A stretch of 64,000 nucleotides of DNA from Myxococcota bacterium. Its GTDB lineage: Bacteria; Myxococcota_A; UBA9160; UBA6930. Every line of letters begins with the position of its first letter. Position 1 is the first letter of the stretch. Below the pieces are notes generated by a model. The model ran no database searches, was not told the origin of the DNA, and saw nothing but the letters and a program-made list of their open reading frames with translations. The stretch covers positions 1,600,001 to 1,664,000 of the forward strand of contig OZ245015.1 in assembly GCA_965223705.1 (NCBI GenBank), read 5' to 3'. The position numbers were made by a program, and so were the translations under genes. Below, in pieces: positions 19,352-29,116 of the stretch.

Positions 19352-21037
19352 ATGTCCTACGATCTCATCATCCGCAATGGAACAGTGGTCGACGGTACGG
19401 GTGCGGATCGTCGGCACGCCGACGTCGCCGTGGCCGAAGGCAAGATCGTCGAAGTGGGCGACGTGTCGGGAGCCTCCGAGCGCACGATCGACGCGACGGA
19501 TCTCGTGGTCGCACCGGGCTTCGTCGATCCGCACACCCATTACGACGCACAGATCTGTTGGGACCATCTGACGACGCCGAGTTCGTGGCACGGCGTCACG
19601 AGTGTGGTCATGGGGAACTGCGGCGTCGGGCTCGCACCGTGTCGGCCCGAGAATCGAGAGATGGCGGCGTGGGATCTTGTGAACGTCGAAGCCATTCCGT
19701 TCGAAGTGCTCTCCAAAGGCGTGACCTGGGATTGGGAGAGCTTCCCCGAATACATGGAAGCCGCCGCGAAACGCGGATCTGGGGTCAACCTCGGATTCAT
19801 GGCGGCGCTCACTCCGTTTCGTCACTACGTGATGGGCGAAGAATCCATGGAGCGCGAGGCGACGGACGCGGAGCGAGCAAAAATCGCCGGGCTGCTCGGC
19901 GAGGCGATGGACGCGGGCGCGTTCGGTTTCACCACGACGAACGTCGCGCAGCACATCGGCTACGAGGGCCGCCCCTTGGCGTGTCGTCAGGCCAGTGACA
20001 CTGAACTCAGCGCGTATTGCGGCGTGTTGCGCGAACGGGGTCGCGGATCGATCGAGCTGGCGCTCACGAATGACGTGTCGGTGGTCGATGACAAGGAGTA
20101 CGCGCTCCTCGATCTTCTTCTGCGCGAGAGTCAGCGGCCCGTCACCTGGTTGGCGCTGCTCAACCGCGACGACAAGCCCGAAGCGCCGCAAGAAACACTG
20201 CGACGCACCCAGCCACTTCTCGATCGTGGCGCGATCCCGCAAGTAACCGTCCGGCCGCTCCTCGTCCAGATCGACCTTCGCAACCCGTTCATCTTCGCGA
20301 ACATGGATTGCTGGAACCCGGTGTTCAATCGGCCGGTCGAGGAACAGAAAACCCACTACGCACAGCCGCAGTTCCGGGAAGCGTTCCGCAAGGAACTCGA
20401 GAACCCGAAGATCTTCTCCGGTAAGTGGGAGCGCGCCATCGTGCATCAGGTGGGCGAAAGCGGCGCACTTCGCGGGCTCGAGGGCCGAAACGTCGCCGAG
20501 ATCGCTGCCGAGCGCGGTCGCGACGCTCTCGACACGTTCCTCGACCTCGCCATCGAAGACGATCTCGAGACCCAGTTCTCCTACGAGCTCTTCAACGCCG
20601 ACGAATCGCGTATCCCCGAGCTCATTACCGATCAGCGCGCGATGATCGGGCTTTCCGACGGCGGTGCCCACGTCGACATGTTGTGCGATGCCGGCTACAC
20701 GACCTACCTCCTCGGCACCTGGGTGCGCGACCGCGAAGTGCTGTCCCTCGAGCACGCCGTGAAGCGGATCACTTCGGAGCCCGCCGCGTTCTACGGGCTC
20801 GAGCGGCGCGGACGGATCGCGAAGGGGATGGCCGCCGACTTCGCGATTTTCGATCTCGCCACCGTCGGATCGAACAAGCGCGGAGAGATGCGCAACGATC
20901 TGCCCGGCGGTGGCCGCCGGCTCGTGATGCCGGCGCGAGGGGTGGAGTACACGATCGTGAACGGCGAAGTCTTGTTCGAAAACGCACAGCACACAGGGGT
21001 GCTCCCTGGACAAGTTCTCCGCTCGGGTCACGCCTAG
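19352..21037 (+). CDS. N-acyl-D-amino-acid deacylase family amidohydrolase
   Basis: Motifs APGFVDPHTHYD, VVMGNCG, LSDGGAHV. Confidence 0.92.
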   Translation: MSYDLIIRNGTVVDGTGADRRHADVAVAEGKIVEVGDVSGASERTIDATDLVVAPGFVDPHTHYDAQICWDHLTTPSSWHGVTSVVMGNCGVGLAPCRPENREMAAWDLVNVEAIPFEVLSKGVTWDWESFPEYMEAAAKRGSGVNLGFMAALTPFRHYVMGEESMEREATDAERAKIAGLLGEAMDAGAFGFTTTNVAQHIGYEGRPLACRQASDTELSAYCGVLRERGRGSIELALTNDVSVVDDKEYALLDLLLRESQRPVTWLALLNRDDKPEAPQETLRRTQPLLDRGAIPQVTVRPLLVQIDLRNPFIFANMDCWNPVFNRPVEEQKTHYAQPQFREAFRKELENPKIFSGKWERAIVHQVGESGALRGLEGRNVAEIAAERGRDALDTFLDLAIEDDLETQFSYELFNADESRIPELITDQRAMIGLSDGGAHVDMLCDAGYTTYLLGTWVRDREVLSLEHAVKRITSEPAAFYGLERRGRIAKGMAADFAIFDLATVGSNKRGEMRNDLPGGGRRLVMPARGVEYTIVNGEVLFENAQHTGVLPGQVLRSGHA

Positions 21038-23085
21038 TGACCTACCGCTTGGGCGTTGATGTCGGCGGAACGTTCACCGATGTCTTGGTTGTCGATGAAG
21101 CGTCGGGTCGGATGGCGACCGCGAAGGTCCCGTCCACCCCGCAGGATTCCTCGGTCGGTGTCCTGAACGGCATCGCTCGCGCGTGCGAGCGCGCCGATAT
21201 CGACCCCTCGCGGATCACGCACGTCATGCACGGGACCACCGTGGCGACGAACGCGATGCTGACCGGAAACGGGGCGCGCGTCGGGTTGGTGACCACAGAC
21301 GGCTATCGCCAGGTGCTCCAGATCGCCCGCTCGTTCGTGCCGGGCGGACTCGGTGGCTGGGTCATCTACGAGCCGTCGGCACCCCTCGCGCCGCTCGAGC
21401 TCACGGTCGAGATCCCCGAACGTGTCGGCGCCGACGGCAGCGTCGTGCGCCCCCTCGAAGAGGCACCGACCCGGGAAGCCCTCGCGAAGCTCGGTGAGGC
21501 GGGTATCGAAGCGCTCACCGTGAGCCTCATCAACTCCTTCGAGAACCCGGTCCACGAGCAGCGCGTGCGCGAACTTGCCGCCGAGGTGCTACCGGGCGTC
21601 CCCGTATCGCTCTCGTCCGATGTCATTCCCGAGATGCAGGAATACGAGCGGACGGTGACGACCGTCGCGAATTCCTACGTGCGCCCCGCCGTTGAGACCT
21701 ACGTACGCAATCTCGAGAGCGAACTCTCGGATCGGCTGGACGGCGTCACGCTGCGCATCCTGCGCTCGGACGGCGGACTCGCCGCCGCAAAGGTGGCCCA
21801 AGAGTTCCCCGTGAATCTGCTCATGAGCGGCCCGGCGGGCGGCGTTTCCGGCGCCATCTGGGTCGCCGAGCAGGCGGGCTTCGAGAACTTGCTGACCTTC
21901 GACATGGGCGGCACGTCGACGGATGTCGCGCTCGTCCGCGAAGGTCGAGCGGCACTTCGTCGCGAGACGACGGTCGGGGATGTCACCGTGCGCGCATCGT
22001 CGGTTGATGTTCGCACGGTCGGTGCCGGTGGCGGATCGATCGCACACGTACCGGAACTCACCGGAGCGCTGCGCGTCGGTCCACAGAGCGCCGGTGCCGA
22101 TCCCGGCCCCGCGGCCTACGGCCGCGGTGGAACCGAAGCGACGGTGACCGACGCGAACGTCGTGCTCGGCTACTTCCCCGACAGCCAGCGGTTGGGCGGC
22201 GACATGGCGCTCGATCGAAAAGCGTCCGAAGCCGCCGTCCAGAAAATCGCCGATGCCCGCGGGCTCTCTCTCGAACGCGCGGCCGCTGGGATCATCGACA
22301 TCGTCAACGAGAATATGTGCGGAGCCCTGCGCCTCGTCTCGGTGGAGCAGGGCTACGATCCCCGCGATTTCGCGCTGATCGCGTTCGGCGGCGCGGGGCC
22401 TCTCCACGCCAACGCGCTCGCGAAGCTCATCCACAGCTGGCCCGTCATCATTCCCCCCGGCCCGGGCGTGCTGTGCGCGTACGGCGACGCCACGACCCGA
22501 CTTCGCAACGAGACGTCGCGGAGCTTTGTGCGACGATTTTCGGAGACGGAACCGGGCGAGCTCGCTTCGCTCTTTGAAGAATTGGGTGCTCAGGCCCGCG
22601 AATCCCTCGAAGCCGAAGGTGAGGGCGTCGCCGCGACCCGCTACGAAGCCGATCTCCGCTATCAGGGCCAAGGACTTCAGCTTTCGGTGCCGATCGACCT
22701 CGATGCGTTTCGCCGCGACGGACTCGACCATGCGGGCGACCAATTCGACGAACTCCACACCCAGCTCTTCACGTTTGCGCTCGACGCCGAAAAAGAATTC
22801 GTGAATCTACGCGCCGCCGCCGAAGGACGAGCCACGTCGCTGACCGCCGCCGTCGCACCGGAGGGCCGCGGCGCGGCCGCCGCGCGGCTGGGTGAGCAGC
22901 GCGTCTACGTCGATGGCGCTCACGCAACCGCCGGCGTGTTCGACCGGGCGCGTCTCGGGGCCGGAGACGTCGTCGACGGGCCGGCGATCATCACCGAGAT
23001 GGATTCCACCACCCTGGTTCTCCCCGACCACCAGGCGGAAGTCGACGCGCGCGGAAATCTTCTCATTCGTCCGGAGAGCGGCTGA
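21037..23085 (+). CDS. Hydantoinase/oxoprolinase subunit A (ATP-dependent lactamase family)
   Basis: Start moved to GTG 21037 (TAGTG overlap). Motifs GVDVGGTFTD, HGTTVATN, MSGPAGG, DMGGTSTD, GAGGGSIA. Confidence 0.95.
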   Translation: MTYRLGVDVGGTFTDVLVVDEASGRMATAKVPSTPQDSSVGVLNGIARACERADIDPSRITHVMHGTTVATNAMLTGNGARVGLVTTDGYRQVLQIARSFVPGGLGGWVIYEPSAPLAPLELTVEIPERVGADGSVVRPLEEAPTREALAKLGEAGIEALTVSLINSFENPVHEQRVRELAAEVLPGVPVSLSSDVIPEMQEYERTVTTVANSYVRPAVETYVRNLESELSDRLDGVTLRILRSDGGLAAAKVAQEFPVNLLMSGPAGGVSGAIWVAEQAGFENLLTFDMGGTSTDVALVREGRAALRRETTVGDVTVRASSVDVRTVGAGGGSIAHVPELTGALRVGPQSAGADPGPAAYGRGGTEATVTDANVVLGYFPDSQRLGGDMALDRKASEAAVQKIADARGLSLERAAAGIIDIVNENMCGALRLVSVEQGYDPRDFALIAFGGAGPLHANALAKLIHSWPVIIPPGPGVLCAYGDATTRLRNETSRSFVRRFSETEPGELASLFEELGAQARESLEAEGEGVAATRYEADLRYQGQGLQLSVPIDLDAFRRDGLDHAGDQFDELHTQLFTFALDAEKEFVNLRAAAEGRATSLTAAVAPEGRGAAAARLGEQRVYVDGAHATAGVFDRARLGAGDVVDGPAIITEMDSTTLVLPDHQAEVDARGNLLIRPESG

Positions 23086-24953
23086 TGCCTGTCGAGATCA
23101 TCGAAACCAATCACGCGCCGTTCAATGACGTCGACGTCGATCCCATCTCCCTCGACATCATCGAGAACGCGCTGCGCAACGCGCGTTTCGAAATGGATGC
23201 GGTGCTCTTCCGAACCGCCATGTCGCCGGGGATTCGCGAACAGCACGACGAATTCCCCCTGATTGCCAACCGCGACGGAAAGATGGTGGTGGGCCAGTTC
23301 GGATCGTTCATCCACGGTTTTTCAGCCGGACACGAAGGCACGGTGGAAGAGGGCGACATCTTCCTCACCTCCGACCCCTACAGCTGCGCGGGCGCGATCA
23401 GTCACGCAAACGATTGGCTCGTGTTGATGCCGATCTTCCGGGACGGCCGTCTCCTCGCCTGGACGGCCATGTTCGGGCATATGACCGACATCGGCGGGAA
23501 GGTGCCGGGAAGTCTCCCCACCGACGCGCGCCAGATCTACGAAGAAGGCATCGTCGTTCCACCGGTCAAGATCTGTAAGAAGGGCGTCATGCAGGACGAC
23601 CTCCTGCGTGTGATTTTTCACAACTGTCGCCTTCCGCACTGGAATCGCAGCGACTTAAACGCGATCGTCGCCGCGAGCCGCACGGCCGAGCGCCGCGTCA
23701 TCGAAATCGCCGAGCGCTTCGGCGACGACGTGTTTCACGCGGCCATGAACGAGCTTCTCGATCGCAACTACCGCGCGATGAAACAGCTCATCGCGAATAC
23801 GATCCCGGAAGAGCGTCAAGAGTTCGAAGACTATATCTGCGACGACGGCATGGGCATGGGCCCGTACAAGTTGAAGTGCGCCATGTGGCGTGAAGGCGAC
23901 AAGGTCATCTTCGATTTCGAGGGGACCGATCCGCAGTCGATCGGCTCGATCAACTTCTACTTGAACGAAGAGATGTTCAAGATGTTCTGCGGCGTCTTCA
24001 TGATCATGGTGTTCGATCCGCAGATCCTGTTCAACGACGGCTTCTATCCGCTGATGGAGGTGCGCATTCCGGAGGGATCGATCCTCAAGCCGAGGCACCC
24101 GGCAGCGCTCTCGTGCCGAACCCACGCGTTGGGCCGCATTTTCGATGTCATCAGCGGTTTGCTCGGGCAGGGAAGCCCGGATTTCTTGTGCGCCGCGGGG
24201 TTCTCGGATAGCCCGCATTTCATGTATTCGGGCTATGACGAGCAAGGCGAGTGGTACCAGCTCTACCAGATCAGTTTCGGCGGGATCCCGGGCCGGCCGA
24301 TCGGCGACGGCCCCGACGGGCATTCGCTGTGGCCGAGCTTTACGAACGTGCCGAACGAGTTCCTCGAGAGCTATTTCCCGCTTCGTATCGAGCGTTACGA
24401 GACCGTGACGGACAGTGGAGGTGCCGGACTTCACCGCGGCGGGAACGCCCTGCGCATCGGTTACCGCTTCCTCGAGGACGGCGAGATCTCGATCCACGAC
24501 GATCGCTGGTTCACGTATCCGTGGGGCGTGAACGGCGGTGATCCGGGCGGGCGCAGCCGCAAGATTCTCGAGCGAACCGACGGCACCCGCGAGATTCTCC
24601 CCTCGAAGTGCGACCGGATCGTGGTCAAGCGCGACGATCTCCTCTACTTCGAAACATGGGGAGGCGGCGGATGGGGCGATCCGCTTCAGCGACCCACCGA
24701 AACGGTGGCCGCGGACGTCGCGCGAGGACTCGTGAGTGTCGAAGGGGCGAAGCGCTACGGCGTCGTGCTGGATTCCGACGGCGGCGTCGATGTGGCGCAA
24801 ACCGATGCGCTCCGCGCCGAAATGAAGTCGAGTCGCCCGCCCTCCGGCGTCTTTGATTTCGGCGGAAGCGTCGAGGAACTCCGAGAGCGTTGCCAAGCGG
24901 AGACCGGACTCGAACCCCCGCGGCCCCCCGTCTTCCAGCGCCGAGCGGGCTAG
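23085..24953 (+). CDS. Hydantoinase B/oxoprolinase subunit B
   Basis: TGATG overlap with subunit A. Motifs SPGIRE, SHANDW, GHMTDIGGKVPGS, DSGGAGLHRGG, GGGGWGDP. Confidence 0.95.
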   Translation: MPVEIIETNHAPFNDVDVDPISLDIIENALRNARFEMDAVLFRTAMSPGIREQHDEFPLIANRDGKMVVGQFGSFIHGFSAGHEGTVEEGDIFLTSDPYSCAGAISHANDWLVLMPIFRDGRLLAWTAMFGHMTDIGGKVPGSLPTDARQIYEEGIVVPPVKICKKGVMQDDLLRVIFHNCRLPHWNRSDLNAIVAASRTAERRVIEIAERFGDDVFHAAMNELLDRNYRAMKQLIANTIPEERQEFEDYICDDGMGMGPYKLKCAMWREGDKVIFDFEGTDPQSIGSINFYLNEEMFKMFCGVFMIMVFDPQILFNDGFYPLMEVRIPEGSILKPRHPAALSCRTHALGRIFDVISGLLGQGSPDFLCAAGFSDSPHFMYSGYDEQGEWYQLYQISFGGIPGRPIGDGPDGHSLWPSFTNVPNEFLESYFPLRIERYETVTDSGGAGLHRGGNALRIGYRFLEDGEISIHDDRWFTYPWGVNGGDPGGRSRKILERTDGTREILPSKCDRIVVKRDDLLYFETWGGGGWGDPLQRPTETVAADVARGLVSVEGAKRYGVVLDSDGGVDVAQTDALRAEMKSSRPPSGVFDFGGSVEELRERCQAETGLEPPRPPVFQRRAG

Positions 24954-26380
24954 CCGGACCGGCGGGCCGCGAGTTCGCGCTCGATTTCTGCGTAGCGCTC
25001 GCGAGAGATCCGCAGCCGGGTGATGAAGAACAACCCGGCGACGTAGAGCGCGACGAGCCCCGGCCCTGCCACCCAGCCCAAACTTCGGATCGTTTCTTCC
25101 GGAACGTTGCCGACCGCGGCATCGACCGAACCGACGGGGAAATCGATCCAGTCGAGAACCATGCCGGCGAAGAAGTTGCCCAGACCGGAGACCGCTTTGG
25201 CGGTGAACGTGAGCACGGCGATGAAGGTGCCCTCGCGTCGTTCTCCCGCCTCGAGTTCGTGCTCGTCCGTGGCGTCCATCAGCATTGAGGAATAAAGAAT
25301 CCCCACCTGAATCAACGCCGCGAGAAGGAACAACCCGTGAACCATGATGAACGGCAAGAGCAGCGGGCTTCCGTTTTGAGGCGCGATGCCTGCGAAGCGC
25401 ATCAAGACGGGAAGGGGGCCCCAGACGATGGCGAAGGAGACAAGGCCGATCGTCGCCTTCCGTTTGTCCCAACGGCGACTGATCGGGCCGACAAGCGCGA
25501 AGCCGACAACGAGCGGAACGACCTGCCCAATCGCGATGACGCCGATTGCGGCGGACGGAAACTCCCAGAACCAGGTCGCCATATAGGTGTTCAGCACTTC
25601 CGCGACACCCAGAGCGGAGTAGCTGAAGAGCGACCCGATGAGAAGCATGCGAAGCGTGTGGTTCCTGAGCGCAGCGCGCGCGTCGCCGACGAACCGCGAC
25701 AGCGAAAACAAAGGCCCGGCCTGTGGGAGTTTTCGAAGCGTCGGAATCACGCGGTGGGTTCCGATCGACGACACGAGAATGGCCGTCGCCGCGAGCGCGC
25801 CCGTGAAGATGCCGAGCGCCGGGTAGCGCGATGCATCGAGCCGCCCGTCACCGACGACTTCGCTGTCCGCGAGAAAGACGAGCCAACCCATCGTCGTGAC
25901 CGCCACAGCCCCGAGCCATCCGAGAAGCCAACGATACGCGACGAGACGTGTGCGCTCGTCGTAGTTCTGGGTCATCTCCGGGCCGAGCGCACCGCTCGGC
26001 ACCATGTAGAACGTGAGAAACAGGCGAGTGGCGACAGCGAAGACGAGAAGCCACGCGAAGAGCTCGCTGTCGCCAAGCCCGTCTGGCGGCGAGAACAGCG
26101 CCACCACCGAAAGCCCCATGGGCAGCGCCGCGGCGTACATGAACGGATGGCGGCGTCCCCAGCGCGATCGAAAGTGATCCGATAGCGAACCGACCAACGG
26201 ATCGGTGACGGCGTCGACGCACAGGGCCAGAAAGATCGCGAGGCCCGAGAGCGTTCCCGGCAGCCCCAAGACCGTGGTGTAGTACAACACGAGGAACGCG
26301 TTGAACGCCGCGTTCTTCGCGCCGTCGGCAACGGACCCCACGCCGTAGGCGAGGCGCAGGCGGAGCGGAACCGGAGGCAC
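24950..26380 (-). CDS. MFS transporter, glycoside-pentoside-hexuronide (GPH)-like
   Basis: Motifs DAVTDPLVGSLSD, RWGRRHPF, ELEAGERREG. GTG start at 26380 overlaps the SDR stop. Confidence 0.9.
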   Translation of the reverse strand: MPPVPLRLRLAYGVGSVADGAKNAAFNAFLVLYYTTVLGLPGTLSGLAIFLALCVDAVTDPLVGSLSDHFRSRWGRRHPFMYAAALPMGLSVVALFSPPDGLGDSELFAWLLVFAVATRLFLTFYMVPSGALGPEMTQNYDERTRLVAYRWLLGWLGAVAVTTMGWLVFLADSEVVGDGRLDASRYPALGIFTGALAATAILVSSIGTHRVIPTLRKLPQAGPLFSLSRFVGDARAALRNHTLRMLLIGSLFSYSALGVAEVLNTYMATWFWEFPSAAIGVIAIGQVVPLVVGFALVGPISRRWDKRKATIGLVSFAIVWGPLPVLMRFAGIAPQNGSPLLLPFIMVHGLFLLAALIQVGILYSSMLMDATDEHELEAGERREGTFIAVLTFTAKAVSGLGNFFAGMVLDWIDFPVGSVDAAVGNVPEETIRSLGWVAGPGLVALYVAGLFFITRLRISRERYAEIERELAARRSG

Positions 26381-27135
26381 TAGAGGAAGACGTCGCCGCC
26401 GTTCGGCGAAACACACTGCCCCACCATGTGGCGCGCGTCTTCCGAAGCGAGAAAGACGTAGCTCGGTACGATGTCGTCGACCTGCGCCAGTCGCCCCTTC
26501 GGGATCGAAGCGCGGATGGCATCGAGAATCTCATCCGGGACACCGTCGAGGATCGGTGTTTCCGTCGCACCGGGCGCCACGCAGTTTGCCGTGATATCAC
26601 GCGGGCCGAGTTCGAGAGCGAGGGAGCGGGTAAAACCGATGATTCCCGCTTTCGCGGCCGTGTAGTGCGCGAAACCCGGCGATCCCTTGTACGCGAGCTG
26701 CGAAGCCGTGTGGATGATCCGGCCGTAGTTCTGCTCGCGCATTCCGGGAAGAAACGCCCGGGCGCACAAAAAAACCCCGCGCAGATGAATCGAGACGAGG
26801 CGGTCCCACATGGCGGTCGGCATCTCGTGGACGGGCGCGCTGGTCGCGATACCGGCGTTGCTCACCAGGATGTCGACGCCCCCGAGCGCGCTCTGGGCGG
26901 CCTTCGCGAGCTCCGCCACCTCCGCTTCGTCGGAAACGTCGGCCCGGACCGCGAGGCCTCGCTGCCCAGCCTCCCGGACAGCCGCGCACACGCTTTCGGC
27001 CGCTTCCGCTTCTGCGTCCGTCGGATAGTTCACGACGACATCCGCACCCTCGGAGGCAAAAGCGCGGGCGACACCCGCCCCGATTCCACTACTAGCGCCC
27101 GTTACGACAGCTTTGCGACCCTCGAGTCTTCCCAT
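26380..27135 (-). CDS. Short-chain dehydrogenase/reductase (FabG-like)
   Basis: Motifs VTGASSGIG, SNAG, YTAAK, VAPG. Confidence 0.95.
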   Translation of the reverse strand: MGRLEGRKAVVTGASSGIGAGVARAFASEGADVVVNYPTDAEAEAAESVCAAVREAGQRGLAVRADVSDEAEVAELAKAAQSALGGVDILVSNAGIATSAPVHEMPTAMWDRLVSIHLRGVFLCARAFLPGMREQNYGRIIHTASQLAYKGSPGFAHYTAAKAGIIGFTRSLALELGPRDITANCVAPGATETPILDGVPDEILDAIRASIPKGRLAQVDDIVPSYVFLASEDARHMVGQCVSPNGGDVFL

Positions 27136-27179
27136 CCCGACAGGATAGACCAGCTAGACTCACCCATTGGAGGTTCACT

Positions 27180-27821
27180 GTGCGCGCTCTTCCCGAAACG
27201 CCGATTTCTGCCACCGAGTTCATGGAGCAGTGGTTTCCCGCAGCATTTCTCGAGGCCGAGCTTCCCGAGGCCGCGCGCAATGCAACCGGTAGCATCGGCG
27301 TAAAGCTCACCGGCGCAGACGGTGGCGAGTGGACGTTGACCCTCGGTGGCGGCTCCGTCCGCGTCGAGCCGGGCTCTCGAGAAAACGCTCTGTTCAGCAT
27401 CGTCCAGACGACGGATGATTGGCGCGGCGCACTTTGGGAAGGCCGGGGCGGGGCGATCGGCCAGCAGTCGGCGAAGCTGTTTCAACCGGGTAGCCAGAAC
27501 GATTGGAAACCCGGAGAAATCGGCGGCCCGCCGAACCCGAAGGCGCTCGAGGAAATCGGCAAACTCGACGGGCTCATCCGCATGGAAGTTACGGGCGGCA
27601 GCGCGGGCGATTGGAGCGTCGATTTCAAGCTCGGCCCGGGGCCACTACCCGAAGCACCCACGACAACGCTCTCCATGTCCGACGAAGATTCGTCCGCGAT
27701 GGCGCGCGGCGAACTCGACGCGATGGAAGCCTTCATGGGTGGGCACATGCTGGTCACGGGCGATATGGCCCTTGTCATGCAGGTGCAAGCGATTCAAATG
27801 CAGGCGGCCCAAGAGGCCTAG
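27180..27821 (+). CDS. SCP2 sterol/lipid-binding domain protein (two SCP2-like halves)
   Basis: Repeated (L/V)TG..(G/A)G(E/D)W motif and C-terminal LDAMEAFMGGHMLVTGDMAL. GGAGG RBS. Confidence 0.75.
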   Translation: MRALPETPISATEFMEQWFPAAFLEAELPEAARNATGSIGVKLTGADGGEWTLTLGGGSVRVEPGSRENALFSIVQTTDDWRGALWEGRGGAIGQQSAKLFQPGSQNDWKPGEIGGPPNPKALEEIGKLDGLIRMEVTGGSAGDWSVDFKLGPGPLPEAPTTTLSMSDEDSSAMARGELDAMEAFMGGHMLVTGDMALVMQVQAIQMQAAQEA

Positions 27822-28933
27822 GCTCGGGGTTGCCGGACGCCCATCTGCTCGAGCCGGGGCACGATCTCGTCGATCGTTCGCTTCGTGTCTTCCTCATAGT
27901 GGCGGAAGGTCAACGCGGCGGCGTCGAGCCCGGCCTCTTGCAGTGCGGCGAGCTGGCCCGCGACCTGCTCCGGCGTGCCGATGAGCTTCCCGCTCCCGAC
28001 GCCGAGGATCGACCCCTGAATGATCTCGCCCACCGTGAGGCCCGGCCCGAAGATCGATTCCGCGGTGCCCAGCGTTTGGCCGCTCAAGCCCTCGATCATC
28101 TCACGCGCCGCGATTTCATCGCGTTGCGCCATCAATTCTTCAACTTCGCGCTCGACCTCGGCCTCGGTATCGCGGCACAAGCAAAAGAGGTAGGTGATGA
28201 TGCGGACTTCTCGGCCCGTCGCTGCCGCGCGCGCCCGCAGGTCTTTCACCTCCGCGCGTAGCTGCTCCGGATCGAGGGCGCCGGTGAAGTACCAGTCGCA
28301 GTATTTCGCCGTGAAATCCTTGCCGGCGTCGGAGCTCCCCGCGTTGAAGAGCGGCGGAAGTTCCTGCGGCATCGGTTGGCAACACCCTCCGCGAATCGTG
28401 AAATGCTTTCCGTCGTAGTCGAAACCGTCTTCGGTCCAGAAGCGCTGCAGCACCTCCGTGAATTCGGTCGTTTGCTGATACCGTTCGGCGTGAGAGCGGA
28501 ACGGGATTCCGTACATCTCGAAATCGGCCTTGGTCCACCCACTCACGACGTTCAGGCCCCAACGTCCCCGGCTGATCTGCGAGAGTGTCGCCCCCATGCG
28601 CGCGACCGCAGCAGGGTGAAAGAACGCGGTGTAGACCGTCGACACGATGCGGAGTCGCTCGGTGGCCTCGGCAATGCCGGCCGCGACGCCAAACGAATCG
28701 AGGGCGTGACTCCAAACGCGTTTGGGGCCGAACCCGCGCCCTCCGCGCTGGGCCATGAAATAGATCTCGAGTCCCGCGCGATCGAGCATTTGCGCGATAC
28801 GCCGGTTCGCCTCGTAGGTGATCTCCACCCGCTGCTCGGCATCCGAGAGGACAAACAGCGCCGGGTCGCCCTGGGGCGGCATGCGGCCGATCGTGGGCGC
28901 GAAGATTCCGAGCTCGAGGTGCCGTTGGGTCAT
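27818..28933 (-). CDS. LLM-class flavin-dependent monooxygenase (SsuD/SfnG/RutA-like)
   Basis: Motifs HPAAVARMGATL, GRWGLNVVSGW, NAGSSDAG, LIGTPEQVA. Confidence 0.9.
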   Translation of the reverse strand: MTQRHLELGIFAPTIGRMPPQGDPALFVLSDAEQRVEITYEANRRIAQMLDRAGLEIYFMAQRGGRGFGPKRVWSHALDSFGVAAGIAEATERLRIVSTVYTAFFHPAAVARMGATLSQISRGRWGLNVVSGWTKADFEMYGIPFRSHAERYQQTTEFTEVLQRFWTEDGFDYDGKHFTIRGGCCQPMPQELPPLFNAGSSDAGKDFTAKYCDWYFTGALDPEQLRAEVKDLRARAAATGREVRIITYLFCLCRDTEAEVEREVEELMAQRDEIAAREMIEGLSGQTLGTAESIFGPGLTVGEIIQGSILGVGSGKLIGTPEQVAGQLAALQEAGLDAAALTFRHYEEDTKRTIDEIVPRLEQMGVRQPRA

Positions 28934-29116
28934 CTTCCGACGTTAGCTCGGCGGCCGTGGAGACCAGTAAAACCGTGTTAAATTAGCGGCTTACGGATAT
29001 CTTCGGGGCGGTCCCCCCGGGCCTTGCGCGGGCTCTCGGCCATGACGATATTGCCTTCCAGGACCCCCTCGCTGTGAATCGCCGGTCGAGGAGCGCCCGG
29101 TGCGAGGTGGAACGAC

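Noticed and set aside
19340..21031. 563-aa antisense ORF, plus similar long ORFs such as 23655-25472, 11082-12587, 14101-15321, 39844-41061 and 62199-63557
   Set aside because: These are shadow ORFs opposite or overlapping well-supported genes. They are expected in high-GC DNA and show no recognisable motifs.
20425..21036. N-terminal extensions in the ORF track (hydantoinase A from 20425, CBS from 15162, MFP from 37236, SGNH from 10790, MCP from 4373)
   Set aside because: They overlap neighbouring genes. Downstream starts with an RBS or stop/start coupling fit better, so these are not true fusions.
29067..29107. Stem CCTCGC/GCGAGG upstream of trkA as a possible c-di-AMP (ydaO) riboswitch
   Set aside because: It lacks the recognisable ydaO consensus, and short GC stems are common at this GC content. 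An Rfam scan would be needed.
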